This document shows positions 33,653 to 44,980 of a stretch of DNA of 64,000 bases, piece after piece; within the stretch, counting starts at the first letter, position 1, and the number at the start of each line of letters is the position of its first letter. The position numbers were made by a program, and so were the translations under genes. The DNA is from an uncultured Phycisphaerales bacterium (GTDB lineage: Bacteria > Planctomycetota > Phycisphaerae > Tepidisphaerales > Tepidisphaeraceae): assembly GCA_963844715.1 (NCBI GenBank), contig CAWJPJ010000008.1, forward strand, positions 448,001 to 512,000. Direction: 5' to 3'. The notes under the pieces are model-generated. The model was given only the letters and a program-made list of their open reading frames with translations. It did not search any database and was not told where the DNA came from.

Positions 33653-34225
33653 TTATCGCTTCTTTGCCACGATGCAGAGTTGCGAGACCACGGTGGGCAG
33701 GCGTGTCTGGTCGAAAATCCCCGCGTTGTAATTGTAGCCGAAGTCCTCGAACGTGAAGCGAACGAAGTCCATGCCGAGCTGTTTCATCAGGGGTTTCAAG
33801 TCATCCTCGATGTGCCAGTGATTCGGCCGTTGCACGGCGCGCCGGGGAACCATGGCCGAAAAACTCTGCTTGTGATCGTAGTTGTGCCGCGACGGCCAGG
33901 TTAGCTTCTCATAGAGCAGATAGTCCGGGACGACGAAGTAGAGGAAGCCGCCCGGCTTCAATATGCGCGTCCAATTGGCCAGGGTTTCCGGGACGTCGCG
34001 CATGTGCTCCAGGCAGTGGGAGGAATAGACGAAATCGAATTCGCCGTCGGGAACGCCCTTCATGAGTTGCGCGTCGCCGTCCCCCACGTCCCAGGGGCGG
34101 ACATTTCCGTCGTCGACTTTCAAGCAATCGTCTCCGCAGCCGATATCGATCCCCTTGCCGTGTAAGAATTGCTGAAAGTCGCCGCGGCTGCGGCGAATAT
34201 CGTTCATTTTTCCTGTTTCCTGCAT
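33653..34225 (-). CDS. class I SAM-dependent methyltransferase
   Basis: IDIGCG, FDFVYSSHCLEH, ILKPGG. Confidence 0.9.
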   Translation of the reverse strand: MQETGKMNDIRRSRGDFQQFLHGKGIDIGCGDDCLKVDDGNVRPWDVGDGDAQLMKGVPDGEFDFVYSSHCLEHMRDVPETLANWTRILKPGGFLYFVVPDYLLYEKLTWPSRHNYDHKQSFSAMVPRRAVQRPNHWHIEDDLKPLMKQLGMDFVRFTFEDFGYNYNAGIFDQTRLPTVVSQLCIVAKKR

Positions 34226-34261
34226 ATGGCGTGGGATTGTCCGCTGCCGGAGCGGTCGCCG

Positions 34262-35470
34262 TCAACTGGGCGGGACGACGCGGGCGAACTTGCGGCTGCC
34301 GAGTTGGATGACGGCGGGCTTGGCGAACCGATATTCCTTTTGCGGGTCGATGATTTTTTCGCCGTCGATGCGGACGGCGCCCTCGCGGATTTTGCGGATG
34401 GCCTCGCTGTTGGATGCGGCCAGTCCGGTTTGGACGAGCAGCGGGGGGAGCTTGTGCGGGCCCGAAGCAACCGGGAATTCCGGCACGTTCTCGGGGATGC
34501 CGCCGTGGGTGGCGGTGACGAATTCCTTCTCCGCGGCGGCGGCTTCGGCTTCGCCATGGAGCCAGGTGACCAGCTTCTTGCCAAGCTGCACCTTGGCGTC
34601 GCGCGGATGGGATTGAATGAGCGGCCGGAAATGCTCGGGCGCGTCGTCGGTGAGGAGTGTGTAATAGTTTTCCAGCAGGGAATCGGGAAGGCGCATGATC
34701 TTGCCGAAGATGCCGTCGGGTCCGCCGGGGGGATCGGTGAGTCCGATGTAGTTGCCCTTGCTCTTGGACATTTTGGCGACGCCGTCGGTGCCGACGAGCA
34801 GCGGCGTGACCATGACGACCTGCGGGTCCTTCCCCTCTTCCTTCATAAACTCGCGCCCGACGAGATTGTTGAAGAGCTGGTCGCTGCCGCCCATTTCGAC
34901 GTCGGCGTTCACAATCACGCTGTCCCAGCCTTGAAGAAGAGGATAGAGAAATTCGTGGATTCGAATGTCCCCGCCGACCTGGAAGCGTTCCTTGAAGCTG
35001 TCGCGATCGAGCATCTGCGCGACCGACTTTCGGCTGGCGAGCCGGATGATCTCGATCAGATTCATCGCCCCGAGCCATTCGCCGTTCCAGCGGACTTCGA
35101 GATGCTGGGGATCGGTCATGAGAATCTTGCCGATCTGGCTGACGTAGGTTTTGGCGTTGGCCTCAATTTCCTCGCCCGTAAGGATGGGGCGGGTGGCGTT
35201 TCGCCCGGAGGGATCGCCGACCCGCGCGGTGTAATCGCCGATGATGAGAACCGCCTTGTGCCCGAATTCCTGGAATTGCCGGATGACTTTCAGCGGGACG
35301 GCATGCCCCAACGTGACGTCCGGGGCCGTCGGATCCATCCCCAGCTTGATCCGCAGCGGATGGCCCATGGCGGAACTGTGCTCGAGCTTCCGGCGAAGGT
35401 CCTGCTCGGTCAATATCCGCTCGCATCGGCGGGACAAAAGCTGAATTTGTTGATCTATTGAGTGGGGCAT
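34262..35470 (-). CDS. tyrS: tyrosine--tRNA ligase
   Basis: GMDPTA..TLGH, GDPSG, GGSDQ, KMSKS, C-terminal S4 domain. Confidence 0.97.
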   Translation of the reverse strand: MPHSIDQQIQLLSRRCERILTEQDLRRKLEHSSAMGHPLRIKLGMDPTAPDVTLGHAVPLKVIRQFQEFGHKAVLIIGDYTARVGDPSGRNATRPILTGEEIEANAKTYVSQIGKILMTDPQHLEVRWNGEWLGAMNLIEIIRLASRKSVAQMLDRDSFKERFQVGGDIRIHEFLYPLLQGWDSVIVNADVEMGGSDQLFNNLVGREFMKEEGKDPQVVMVTPLLVGTDGVAKMSKSKGNYIGLTDPPGGPDGIFGKIMRLPDSLLENYYTLLTDDAPEHFRPLIQSHPRDAKVQLGKKLVTWLHGEAEAAAAEKEFVTATHGGIPENVPEFPVASGPHKLPPLLVQTGLAASNSEAIRKIREGAVRIDGEKIIDPQKEYRFAKPAVIQLGSRKFARVVPPS

Positions 35471-35520
35471 GTAATTGATCGTAAAAGTTACTTCCCAGAG
35501 CGAAGGGATTGTCCCGTCCG

Positions 35521-35613
35521 CTTCTCCGTGTGCTCTAAGGAGAGGGTGGGGTGAGGGTTCTTCGCGACATGCCCCTCACCCTAGCCCTCTCCCCGAGTAC
35601 AGGGAGAGGGGAC
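35521..35613. repeat. REP/REPIN-like inverted doublet, same family as 26455-26559
   Basis: GGAGAGGGTGGGGTGAGGG ... CCCCTCACCCTAGCCCTCTCCCCGAGTACAGGGAGAGGGG. Confidence 0.8.
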
Positions 35614-35946
35614 CAATTTCATGGCGCCGGTAAAGGATCGCGCCGCATACAGGATCTCTCGAGTGGTCAAAATCTCATGACGACGAAATGGATTACGCAA
35701 TAGTCGCTTTTCGACCAGATCAATTGGTCTTTCCCCGAAAATCGTCGAAAGCTCGTCTCGCATTTCCAGGAAGCCCTCGAAAGTCATCGCGCTGCCGGGA
35801 ACGAAGCTTACCAGTACGTCAACGTCGCTGTTGGCGTCAAAATCGTCGCGCAAGACCGATCCGAAAATTGAAAGCTCCTGCACTCCCCATTTTCGACAGA
35901 ACACCTGCACCTTTTCGGGCGAGACTTCAAGTTTGCCAACCGTCAT
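35581..35946 (-). CDS. minimal nucleotidyltransferase (MNT antitoxin-like), orphan
   Basis: FGSVLRDDF...SDVDVLV, R.IDLV. Confidence 0.88.
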   Translation of the reverse strand: MTVGKLEVSPEKVQVFCRKWGVQELSIFGSVLRDDFDANSDVDVLVSFVPGSAMTFEGFLEMRDELSTIFGERPIDLVEKRLLRNPFRRHEILTTREILYAARSFTGAMKLVPSPCTRGEG

Positions 35947-35999
35947 GGTTCACTCCGATGCCATCAACTATACCGCGCCTAAGCAAGCAAAAACATACG

Positions 36000-37689
36000 C
36001 TAAACGTGGGACGATTCGATGGGTTTGGGGATCGGCGTCTCCATAGGCCGGCGCCATTGCAGGTGCATTCGCCAATGCTCGTCGTCGGTGGCGGGATAGT
36101 CGGTTCGCCAGTGCGCCCCGCGGCTTTCGGTGCGGGAATAGGACGCCGTCGAGATCAGAAAACAGACGGTCAGCATGTTCTGCAATTCCCAGCCGGTGGA
36201 GGCGGATTCGTTGCGCTCGGGACTGGCGCCGGGCCAGAAGGTCTTGTCCATGACATAGCGGCTCCAGAAGGCGATGATCTCGCGCGTTTCGCCGAGGCGG
36301 TCGCCGGTGCGCTCGATGCCGACGTTGCGCCACATTACGCTGCGCAGGCTGCTCTTGACGTCGACGAGGTCCAGCTCGGTCTTGTTGGACGCTGGGATCT
36401 TGTGCTCGAGGTGGTTGGGGAATTTGACGTCGTGGGACATCGCCCAGGCGGCGGCATCCACGCCGGCGCGGGCGCCGAAAGCCAGGCCTTCCAGAAGCGA
36501 ATTGCTCGCCAGGCGGTTGGCGCCGTGGAGGCCGCTGCAACCCGCTTCGCCGGCGGCATAAAGGCCGGGCAAGGTCGAGCGGCACTGCATGTCCACCGCG
36601 ACCCCGCCGATCATGTAATGCGTCGCTGGATGGATCGGAATCAGGTCCTTCGCCGGGTCGATATCGAACTGGGCGAGGAGTTGCGCCAATTGCGGAAAGC
36701 GCGCCTTGAAGGGTTCGGTCGGCAGGTGGCGCACGTCGAGATAAACGTGCGTGTAGTTGGTTTTGCGAATTTGCTGCACGATGGCCCGGCTGACCACGTC
36801 CCGGGGGGCGAGTTCGCCCGCCGGGTGATAATCCTTCATAAACCGGCGGCCGGCGCGATCGATCAGATACGCCCCCTCGCCGCGAACCGCCTCGGTAATC
36901 AGCGCCGCGGCTGGACCCGGCGACATAAAGCGTCGTGGGATGAAACTGCACCATCTCCATGTCCTGAAGGGTCGCCCCGGCTCGATAAGCCATCGCATGC
37001 CCGTCAGCGGTGGCGATCTTGGGATTCGTCGATTCGCGATAGAGCTGCCCCGCGCCCCCGCTGGCGAGAATCGTTCGCTTGGCCCAGATGAGATTCACCT
37101 GCCCGTTGATCAACGCCAGCGCGCCGACGCACTGGCCCTGATCGGTCACCAGATCGATCACGAACGATCGCTCGGAAACGCGGACGGATTCGCGGGCGCG
37201 GACGGTGTTGATCAGCGTCTGGGCCAGTTCCTTCCCAGTTGCATCCCCGGCGGCGTGGATAATTCGGGCGAAACTGTGCCCGCCTTCCAGGCCGAAGGAG
37301 AGGTCGTACGCATTGCCCGCTTTTTTATCGAAATGTGCTCCCCAGGAGAGCAACTCCAGGACGCGCTTCGGACCCTCCTCGATGACGATATGGACGGCTT
37401 GCTCATCGCACAGCCCGCCGCCGCAGGCGATGGTGTCCTTGATATGCGACTCGATGCTGTCGCTTGGCTGCAGAACAGCCGCGATGCCGCCCTGGGCATA
37501 CCAGGTGTTGGATTGATCGATGGTGTCCTTGGTGAGAACCAGGACGTCCGCCCCAGCGTCCGCCGCGGCGATCGCGGCTCGCAGGCCAGCAACGCCGCCG
37601 CCGATGACCAGAACATCCGCCACTTGCTGGGGAACGCGCGTCGCTTTGAAAGGAATCAGATACCTGCGCTCGGTAAGCGGTTCGAACAT
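36000..37689 (-). CDS. nadB: L-aspartate oxidase (indel near 36915)
   Basis: GGGVAGL, AQGGIA, EGGHS, QFHPT, HYMIGGV, GLHGANRLASNSLLEG, ESRGAH. Confidence 0.95.
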
Positions 37690-37712
37690 AATTTGGGACG
37701 GTCGAGGACGCC

Positions 37713-38495
37713 CTATTTTAGGCGGCCAAAAAAGAGACGCGTATCGTATTGCTGGATGACGCGGCCGTCCCTGGCATGTCGTGCAAATACCTCTCGCAGT
37801 TCGTCAAGCATCTCCTGGCATCGCGGCTGTCCCGGCAAGGGCAGATTCGAGGACGAGAGCGCCTGCGCGAGCAGGGTTTCCAAATCGAGCGATTGCGAAT
37901 TGTCGAATTGCCGGGTCTGGAACGTCTGAGGTGCAAAGAATTCCCGAAGCTCGGCCGGGTCTTCGGTGCTCAAAAGCCCGCGGGCCGCGTGGTTCGGATC
38001 GATCTCATATTTTCGCACAATTCGCTCGTATTCCCGGTTTAGGTCATCCTCGCGCCGCCGTTTGTTCCAGACAAGCAAGACATATCCGCCCGGCGTCAGA
38101 ATCCTGGAAAACTCCAGTTTGGCGCCGTTGCGGTCAAACCAGTGAAACGCGGTTCCCGCGACGACGAATTGAATGGATTCATCGGGCAGGCCTGTCGATT
38201 CGGCCGACGCGCTGCGACTGTGGAAATTAGGGAAGCGCGAGAGAAGTCGTTCGGCTGCCTGGCGCATTTCCGGATTGGGCTCGATGGCAAAAACAGGGTT
38301 GCCGTTGGGCAGGAACAGTTCGCTGAGCAGTCCGGTTCCAGAGCCAACGTCGGCTATCGCGTCGCCGGGGCGAAGTTCCAGATCACTGCGGCAGAAATGG
38401 AGAAGGGCCTGCGGATAATGCGGCCGGGCGCGAAGGTAGTATTCGGCTCGGTCCGAGAATCGCCGCGTCGGGTCGCGTGGGGAGGTGGTTTGCAT
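37713..38495 (-). CDS. class I SAM-dependent methyltransferase
   Basis: RFSDRAEYY.RARP.YP, ADVGSGTG, AFHWF. Confidence 0.9.
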   Translation of the reverse strand: MQTTSPRDPTRRFSDRAEYYLRARPHYPQALLHFCRSDLELRPGDAIADVGSGTGLLSELFLPNGNPVFAIEPNPEMRQAAERLLSRFPNFHSRSASAESTGLPDESIQFVVAGTAFHWFDRNGAKLEFSRILTPGGYVLLVWNKRRREDDLNREYERIVRKYEIDPNHAARGLLSTEDPAELREFFAPQTFQTRQFDNSQSLDLETLLAQALSSSNLPLPGQPRCQEMLDELREVFARHARDGRVIQQYDTRLFFGRLK

Positions 38496-39082
38496 CACGT
38501 TATGCCCCTTGCGCGCGTGATGATCTGGTAATCTTCCCTTTCCCCGACGCCACGCAGCGGATAATCCTTCCGCAGCGGATAGCTCCCGAATCCGTTCCAG
38601 GTGAGAATCCTGCGCAGGTCGGGATGCCCGACGAAGATGACCCCGATCATGTCGTAAACTTCGCGTTCCATCCACTCCGCGCCTGGCCAGATGCCGCAGA
38701 CGCTGTCGACTTTCAGGCCCGGGTCTCCCTTTTCGATAATTTCCTCATCCCTGATGGCGGTTTTGGGATCGGTCGGCTGGGTGGGATCGAGGAAGACCTT
38801 GAGCCAGAGGCGGCTGTTGTGGGTGACGCTGGTCAGGCCGTAGTTAACGCCGAAGCGATGATGCGCGCCCGGATAGTTCAGGTAATCGACGCCGTTCACT
38901 TCCGCCAGCATGTCGTAGCGCAAGGCGGCGTCATCGCGCAAGAAGGTGCAAACCGGTTTGATCTGCTCGCGCGGCACCACGACGGTCACCATATCGCGAA
39001 ATTCACCGGCCATCAGCGGAACATCCGCGAAACGCGCTTTCAGCGGCTGAAGGGCGGGATGAACGATCTGGTGAGCGGCCAT
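38495..39082 (-). CDS. nuoC: NADH-quinone oxidoreductase subunit C
   Basis: GVDY, WPGAEWMEREVYDMIG..F.GHPDLRRIL, PLRKDYP. Confidence 0.93.
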   Translation of the reverse strand: MAAHQIVHPALQPLKARFADVPLMAGEFRDMVTVVVPREQIKPVCTFLRDDAALRYDMLAEVNGVDYLNYPGAHHRFGVNYGLTSVTHNSRLWLKVFLDPTQPTDPKTAIRDEEIIEKGDPGLKVDSVCGIWPGAEWMEREVYDMIGVIFVGHPDLRRILTWNGFGSYPLRKDYPLRGVGEREDYQIITRARGIT

Positions 39083-39116
39083 GAGCGCTGGATTGTTAGG
39101 GAGATACCCGCCGCCG

Positions 39117-40219
39117 TCAAGATTGAACCAATCCGGCCACGATCTTCGCCACATTTTCCGCGGCGTCGGGCTTTCCGAGCTTTCTGGCGGCGTCGGCCAT
39201 CGATTGCCTGCGCGGCGCGTCATAAAGGAGCGATTCCAGGATGGGGCGAAGCTTGTCGGCGTTCTTTTGGGCGTGTTTCTCATCATCCATAAGCACGGCA
39301 GCGCCGGCGTCTTCAAGGACTTTGGCGTTGGCGCGCTGATGCAAATCCTTGTGGAAGGGATAGGGCATCAGAACCGACGGCACGCCGCACGCCGTGAGTT
39401 CCGCGCAACTGCTGGCGCCGGAGCGGCTGACGGCCAGATCGGTCACCGCCCAGACGTCCGCCATCGCCGGGGTGAAATCGACCACGCAAGCGGGAACGCC
39501 TTTTTCGCGATACCCGCTGCGGACTTTCTCAACGTGATCGCGCCGGAAAGATGGAGAATCTGCCAGCCGTTGAGCGTAATGGTCCCGGCCAGGGCGAGCA
39601 TGGCTTCGTTGACGGTCAGCGCGCCCTGGCTTGCGCCGGTGATCAGAAGGGTATGAAGCATCGGGTCGAGCCCCAATCGCCCGGCGGCCTCCTGACGCGT
39701 GGGAAGCGTGCGCACGGCCTTTCGAATCGGGCAGCCGGTGACTTTGATTTTCTTTCGGTGTTCGGCGGGAACATAGGCGGTCGAATCAAACTGACACGCA
39801 ACCGCCTGAACATAAGGCATGAGGAACTGGTTGGCTTTACCGGGGATGGCGTCCGGATTAACGAGAACCGCCGGGATTTTTTTCGCGCCCGCCAGTTTAA
39901 CGGCAACTCCGGCCGCATATCCGCCCAATCCCAGGACGGCCGCGGGCTTCCTCAGCTTGAGAAGCTTGCGGACCATGTCTTTGGTGTCCCGCCAACTCTT
40001 CCAGAATTTGAGCAATCCGCCGACGCTCCGGGTGGGGGGAATGATCGGCTGCTTCACAAACTCAAACCCGGTCGGCTCCAGGATCACGCGGTCGATTTCC
40101 CGCGTGGTGCACAGAAAGACGGCCTCGGCGCCGGGCAGAGCTTCCCGCAGCGCTTCGGCGACGGCGATTCCAGGGTAAAGATGTCCGCCGGTGCCCCCGC
40201 CGGCAAGGTAAATCAACAT
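39117..40219 (-). CDS. murG: MurG N-acetylglucosaminyltransferase (indels)
   Basis: GGGTGGHLYP, GLGGY, GASQGA, RSGASS..E, HQRANA. Confidence 0.92.
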
Positions 40220-40258
40220 ACTTATTGGGCATGATGAATCTGGATCGATGAATGTCAA

Positions 40259-40828
40259 TCAATCGCCGTGCCGGTCCCGTAATCGGGGGCTTAAACGGAG
40301 CATGAGCTGGACGCGTTCGATTTCGCCGAGCCAATCGGCCAGGGTTGCCGCCAATTCATTTTGATCGGGGGCGACGATGCCGGTGGGGCAGGCGGGTCCG
40401 AGTTGGCGTTGGGCGACGGCGCGGTAGCGGTTGAGCGTGCGGTCCCCGGCCAGAGCGCAGAATTCAAAATCCTCGGCCAGCAGAAGCACCACCGGCACGC
40501 GATTGCCGCCATTCAGAATGAGCTGGGAGGAGAGGTCGCCATGGGCGTCGCGATCGAGAAGACGAAGATGAATTTTGGCGGGATTCGCCTCGGCGATGCG
40601 CGCGACCAGCGGACATTGCTGCACGCAGTCGCCGCACCAGATGCCGCTGACAATCAGAAGGTTCATCTCGCGGACAAAGCCGCCGAGCAGTTTTTGTTGG
40701 GCATCAGTCAACGCGGCGGCGGCGTGGACTTGCTTCCAGCGTTGCCTTTGCGAATCGTTGCCGGTTTCCAGATAAGCGGGATAGTCGAGTGCGGCGGAAA
40801 ACTTCTCTTCCAGGAATTCTCGTTTCAT
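40259..40828 (-). CDS. thioredoxin family protein
   Basis: WCGDC, GGNRVP. Confidence 0.88.
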   Translation of the reverse strand: MKREFLEEKFSAALDYPAYLETGNDSQRQRWKQVHAAAALTDAQQKLLGGFVREMNLLIVSGIWCGDCVQQCPLVARIAEANPAKIHLRLLDRDAHGDLSSQLILNGGNRVPVVLLLAEDFEFCALAGDRTLNRYRAVAQRQLGPACPTGIVAPDQNELAATLADWLGEIERVQLMLRLSPRLRDRHGD

Positions 40829-43800
40829 TTATCGTGGTTCCATGGTGTTGTTCTGAAGATTAACGCGAACTTCCTTGAAATGCGCCTGGGCATTTCCCTG
40901 ACTGTCGACGATGGTGACATCTCCCTCGTCGCCGGCCCGGCAAATCAGGATCTGTTTGATGGGATCATAGTCCGCCTGACCGCACCGGAGCGGGCCGGAG
41001 GCGGTATCCACTTCCACATGGTGCTCGGCCGATAGATGGCTGATCTGAAGAGCCGGGGTGTCGTCCGAAGGCGTCTGGGTATCGTCGCTCTGTTCGATCG
41101 GCTCAAATTCCGCATGGACGGTGTCGGCGGACAGGAACATCGGATTGGGATGGTCCCCGTCGTCCCAATGACGAATCTTGACATCGCCCTGGATATCCGC
41201 GCGTGCGCGACAGTTCGTCGTAGAGGAGTTGCTGGCTCCATTGAAAAGCCGTGCGCCCGCGTCCTCCGCCGCCAATTCCCACCTGTCCGCCATTTTCTGC
41301 TTGCGCTTTGGTGTGATCTTCGACCAGCATCTGCCCCGGCACCGGGACGCTGAGCTTTCGACCGATGGTGTCGTAATCGATCTGGTTACTGCGGATGTAA
41401 TACCGGCGAAGAATCGATCCGGAGGCGTCGCAGAGGGTCGATTCGACCGAAGCCTTATCGCGGAGCGAAACCGACTGGAGCTGCTTATTGCGCATGAAAT
41501 TGAAGTCGCTTTGGCCGGCAACGGGGATGGACGGTTGAGTCGAAGCGGCGGGAATCAGCGTGGCGATCATTTCGCTGCCGTGCGCGGTGTTGACGGTTCC
41601 GTCGGCGGATGTCGATTGCGCGCTAACGTCGCCCAGGACATGAATCTGGTTGGATTTCCCATCCAGCGTCGCGCTTTTTGTCCAGGTGATTTTCATCGGG
41701 CGGGGGGACAGGGGGCGCGAGTCGGGGGTCGGCGAGGGGCCGGGGGCGCGGCGGCGTTTCCCGAGAGCGTGTCCAACTCGCCGGCGCCATCCACTTTGGA
41801 GAATTGATCCATTGCGGAGAGACGAATCGTCCGGGCGATCAGCTCGGAATCCTTGTCCTTGGCGATCGCCGGGGCGCCTCGGAGGGTAATCTGGGCGTGG
41901 CCGTTCAGCATCGCGATGGTGAGATTGTTTCCCGTCGCCGACGAGCCGTTGGGAGATTGGACCTGAACCGAATCGGTGGCGTCGAGTTCATTTAGTTGCA
42001 CGTCCCCCTGGTTCTGGGTTTGGTCGTCGCCAAGATCGGTGTGCTGCGGGGCCGGCTTGGGGACCAATGAAATGAGGATATGCTCGGCGTTGAGATTGTC
42101 CTGTCCCTGAGTTGCCTGGGCCGCGCCGTCCGCCTTGATGGTTTTCGCAAAGAGTCTGCCTGTCGGATCGCGGGCGGTGAATAGCTGAAGCTCCTGGCCG
42201 GAAAGGCTTCGCGCCGTCTGGTCCGTTTCATGAACCACGCACTGGGCGTTGCCCGTGGCCCGTACGCTTTTTAGTTGCCGCGACGCGCCTTCCTGCAAAG
42301 GTTCGCCGAAGACCAGGCCCAGATCGTCGGCGCTGAGTTCAAAGCGTGGATGATCGACGGTCACCTGCCCGGCGAGATCGGCCGAGGTTATCTGCGGCGT
42401 GCCGCCGTCCAGAGACGTCAGATGCACGATGCAACTCTTGTCCCACGACGCGTCGAGCGCCGTATTGGGTTCGTTCGGATCGGGGAAATGAGCTTTGCCG
42501 GCTCCCTCGACCACGGCGATCTGATTCAATCGCGAATAGAGCAGTGAGTTGCCGGTCAGCGTGGAGAGCAGCCCGTTGTTTTCGCGTTTCTGGGAAACGA
42601 GCATCGGGAAATTCTCATCGCCGATGAGATGAGCGCTGGAATCGGCGGTGTGATAAACCAGCTTTGCGCAGGTGCCGGTGCTGTCGGTTCCGTCCTCGGG
42701 GGAAACATGGTGGAGATGCACAGGCGTTCCGGTGAGGGTGACGATCGACTCGCCGGGGTCGAGCCGCTCGGCTTTGCTCTCGTCGGTGGGGACCATGTGC
42801 ATCTTTCCGTCCCAGGTGACGATGATCGGAGATTGCTGAGGCTGCGATGCGGGCGGGGCCTGCGGAACGGGCGGGGCCGCCGGCGCTGGCGGAGTCGATT
42901 GATCGGTTGCCGGTGCGGCCGGTGCGGCGGTTGTTTCGTCTGTCGCACTGCCGCGAGGCAGGAAATCGACCTGCATGAGTGCCGCCTGCACGAGGGGGAG
43001 CTGATCTTGGGAAATGACGACGTTGTCGTAAAACGTCGCCAGATATCGATTGCGCACAGCGGGTTCCGCCGGCGGATTGGCGGGCGCTGACATCGTCGGC
43101 AAGAATCGGCATACCCGGCGCGACGGGCGACGTGAGATTGGGGGCGAGCGCGGCGTCGGCGGATGGGGTCGCCCCCAGCGACAGCCCGCTGGTGTCATAA
43201 ATAATCAGTTGCTTCCCGTGGGCGATATCCAGCGACTTGAGCCGCCGGGTCATCTCGTCCCAGTACATCACCAGCCCCGAGCCGTCGAAGGCGTATTGCT
43301 TGGCGCGAATCGTCACCGGCACGTCGTCGGCCCGCACGGTTTGTCCCTGGGCATCGACATAATCTTGCGTGAAAAGGCGGAATGTATCGTTGTCAAACTC
43401 GACGTGGCTCGTGTACATCGTCACGGCGGGATTTTGCCGAGCCTGCTCCTCGACCGACGAATAAATCCGCACGACGACGTGGTTGTTGAGGGTTCCGTAG
43501 CGCGGCGGCTCGACGGGGACGCCGGTCATCGTGTTGCGATCGGCGCCGGGGGCGACGCGGAGGATGCCGTCGTCGGATTCGATGTGCACGACCTGCCCAT
43601 CGGAGAGAAAGAACTCGATCATCGGGCGCGTTACGCGCACGGTGCCGTCAGGCTGGTTGTCGTAAAAATCGGCCTTGAACTGGTAGGCGCGTTTTCCCGT
43701 GTCGCGGTCGTATTGGGTGACCCATACCCCCTGGCCGGGGCCAACGAAGACGTCCTGGTTCTTGGCGCCGGGGGAGATATCGGCGGGTTGGGCCGTACCG

Positions 43801-43901
43801 GTTCCGCCCGAATAGGGAACATGCGGCTGAAATCGGAGGCACAGCATGAAACCGGCGGTGACAGCCAGAAACGTCAGGATGATGGGAAGAAATCTCCGCA
43901 T
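40829..43901 (-). CDS. large exported beta-rich protein, LptC/LptA(OstA)-like repeats (several indels)
   Basis: N-terminal TM anchor, repeated beta-strand motifs; directly downstream of kdsD as in kdsD-lpt loci. Confidence 0.55.
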
Positions 43902-43926
43902 ACCGTCCGTGATAGACGATCCCACC

Positions 43927-44934
43927 TCACGGCTCCGGTTCGACATCGAGCATCTTGAGCACAACCAGGTCCTGCACGTCGATCAGCCCAACGGGACGAT
44001 CCTGATCGTCCACCACGGGCAATTCGTCAATTCGATATTGTCGAAGGATCGCCATCGCCTCGCTCGCCAGCGCGGATTCGGAGATGCGTTTGGGATTGGC
44101 GGTCATGACTTGCGCGATGGGGCGCGCCAGGGCGCTGACGTCGTTGTCGGTCACAAGTCGGCGGAGATCGCCGTCGGAGAAGATGCCGGATAGTTTTCCG
44201 GTCTTGTCCACGAGAATGACCGCGCCGCTGCGCCGCTTGATCTGGCTCACTTCGTGCAAGACCTGCCCGACGGACAATTGATCCGACGCGACAGGAAGAT
44301 TTTCGCCAAGACGGAAAGTCATCGCTTCCTTGACGCGGATGAGCTTCCTCCCCAGTTGCCCCGCGGGGTGGAACATCGCGAAATCCTCGGCCGTAAAATC
44401 GTGCAGCTTCATCACCGTCAAAGCCAGCGCATCGCCGAGCGCGCCCATGGCGGTGGTCGAGGCGCTGGGCGCCAGACCCAGGGGGCACGGCTCGGGAATC
44501 GTACCGATCTCAATGACTACATCGGAAAACTTCCCCAGGCCGCTGAAGGCCGAGCCGGTTATCGAAATCACCGGATGATTCAATTTTTTGAGCAGGTTCA
44601 AGAGGCGCAGAATCTCATCGCTTTCGCCGCTGGCGGAGAGGATGAGAACGACGTCCCCTTTTCGCACCGAGCCGAGATCGCCATGCACGGCATCGGCGGG
44701 AGAGAGGAAATGGCTGGGCGTGCCGGTGCTGGCGAGTGTTGCCGAGAGCTTTCGCGCTACGTGGCCTGCCTTACCGATCCCGCTGGTCAGGACCGATCCC
44801 TTGCAGTCCTGGATCAATCGGACGGCCTTTACAAATGCCGGCCCCAGCGCCGCGGCCATCCCCTCGACGGCCTTGGCCTCCGCCTGGAGCACGTCCCGGG
44901 CAAACTGAATGATCGAATCGTCTTTCAAGAACAT
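43927..44934 (-). CDS. kdsD: arabinose-5-phosphate isomerase (KpsF/GutQ)
   Basis: GIGKAGH, HGDLG, SGES.E, LAPSAST, HPAG.LG, CBS pair. Confidence 0.94.
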   Translation of the reverse strand: MFLKDDSIIQFARDVLQAEAKAVEGMAAALGPAFVKAVRLIQDCKGSVLTSGIGKAGHVARKLSATLASTGTPSHFLSPADAVHGDLGSVRKGDVVLILSASGESDEILRLLNLLKKLNHPVISITGSAFSGLGKFSDVVIEIGTIPEPCPLGLAPSASTTAMGALGDALALTVMKLHDFTAEDFAMFHPAGQLGRKLIRVKEAMTFRLGENLPVASDQLSVGQVLHEVSQIKRRSGAVILVDKTGKLSGIFSDGDLRRLVTDNDVSALARPIAQVMTANPKRISESALASEAMAILRQYRIDELPVVDDQDRPVGLIDVQDLVVLKMLDVEPEP

Positions 44935-44980
44935 TGGATTATGAAGCACGGGACACTAAAATCAATTGCCCCAACCAAGG

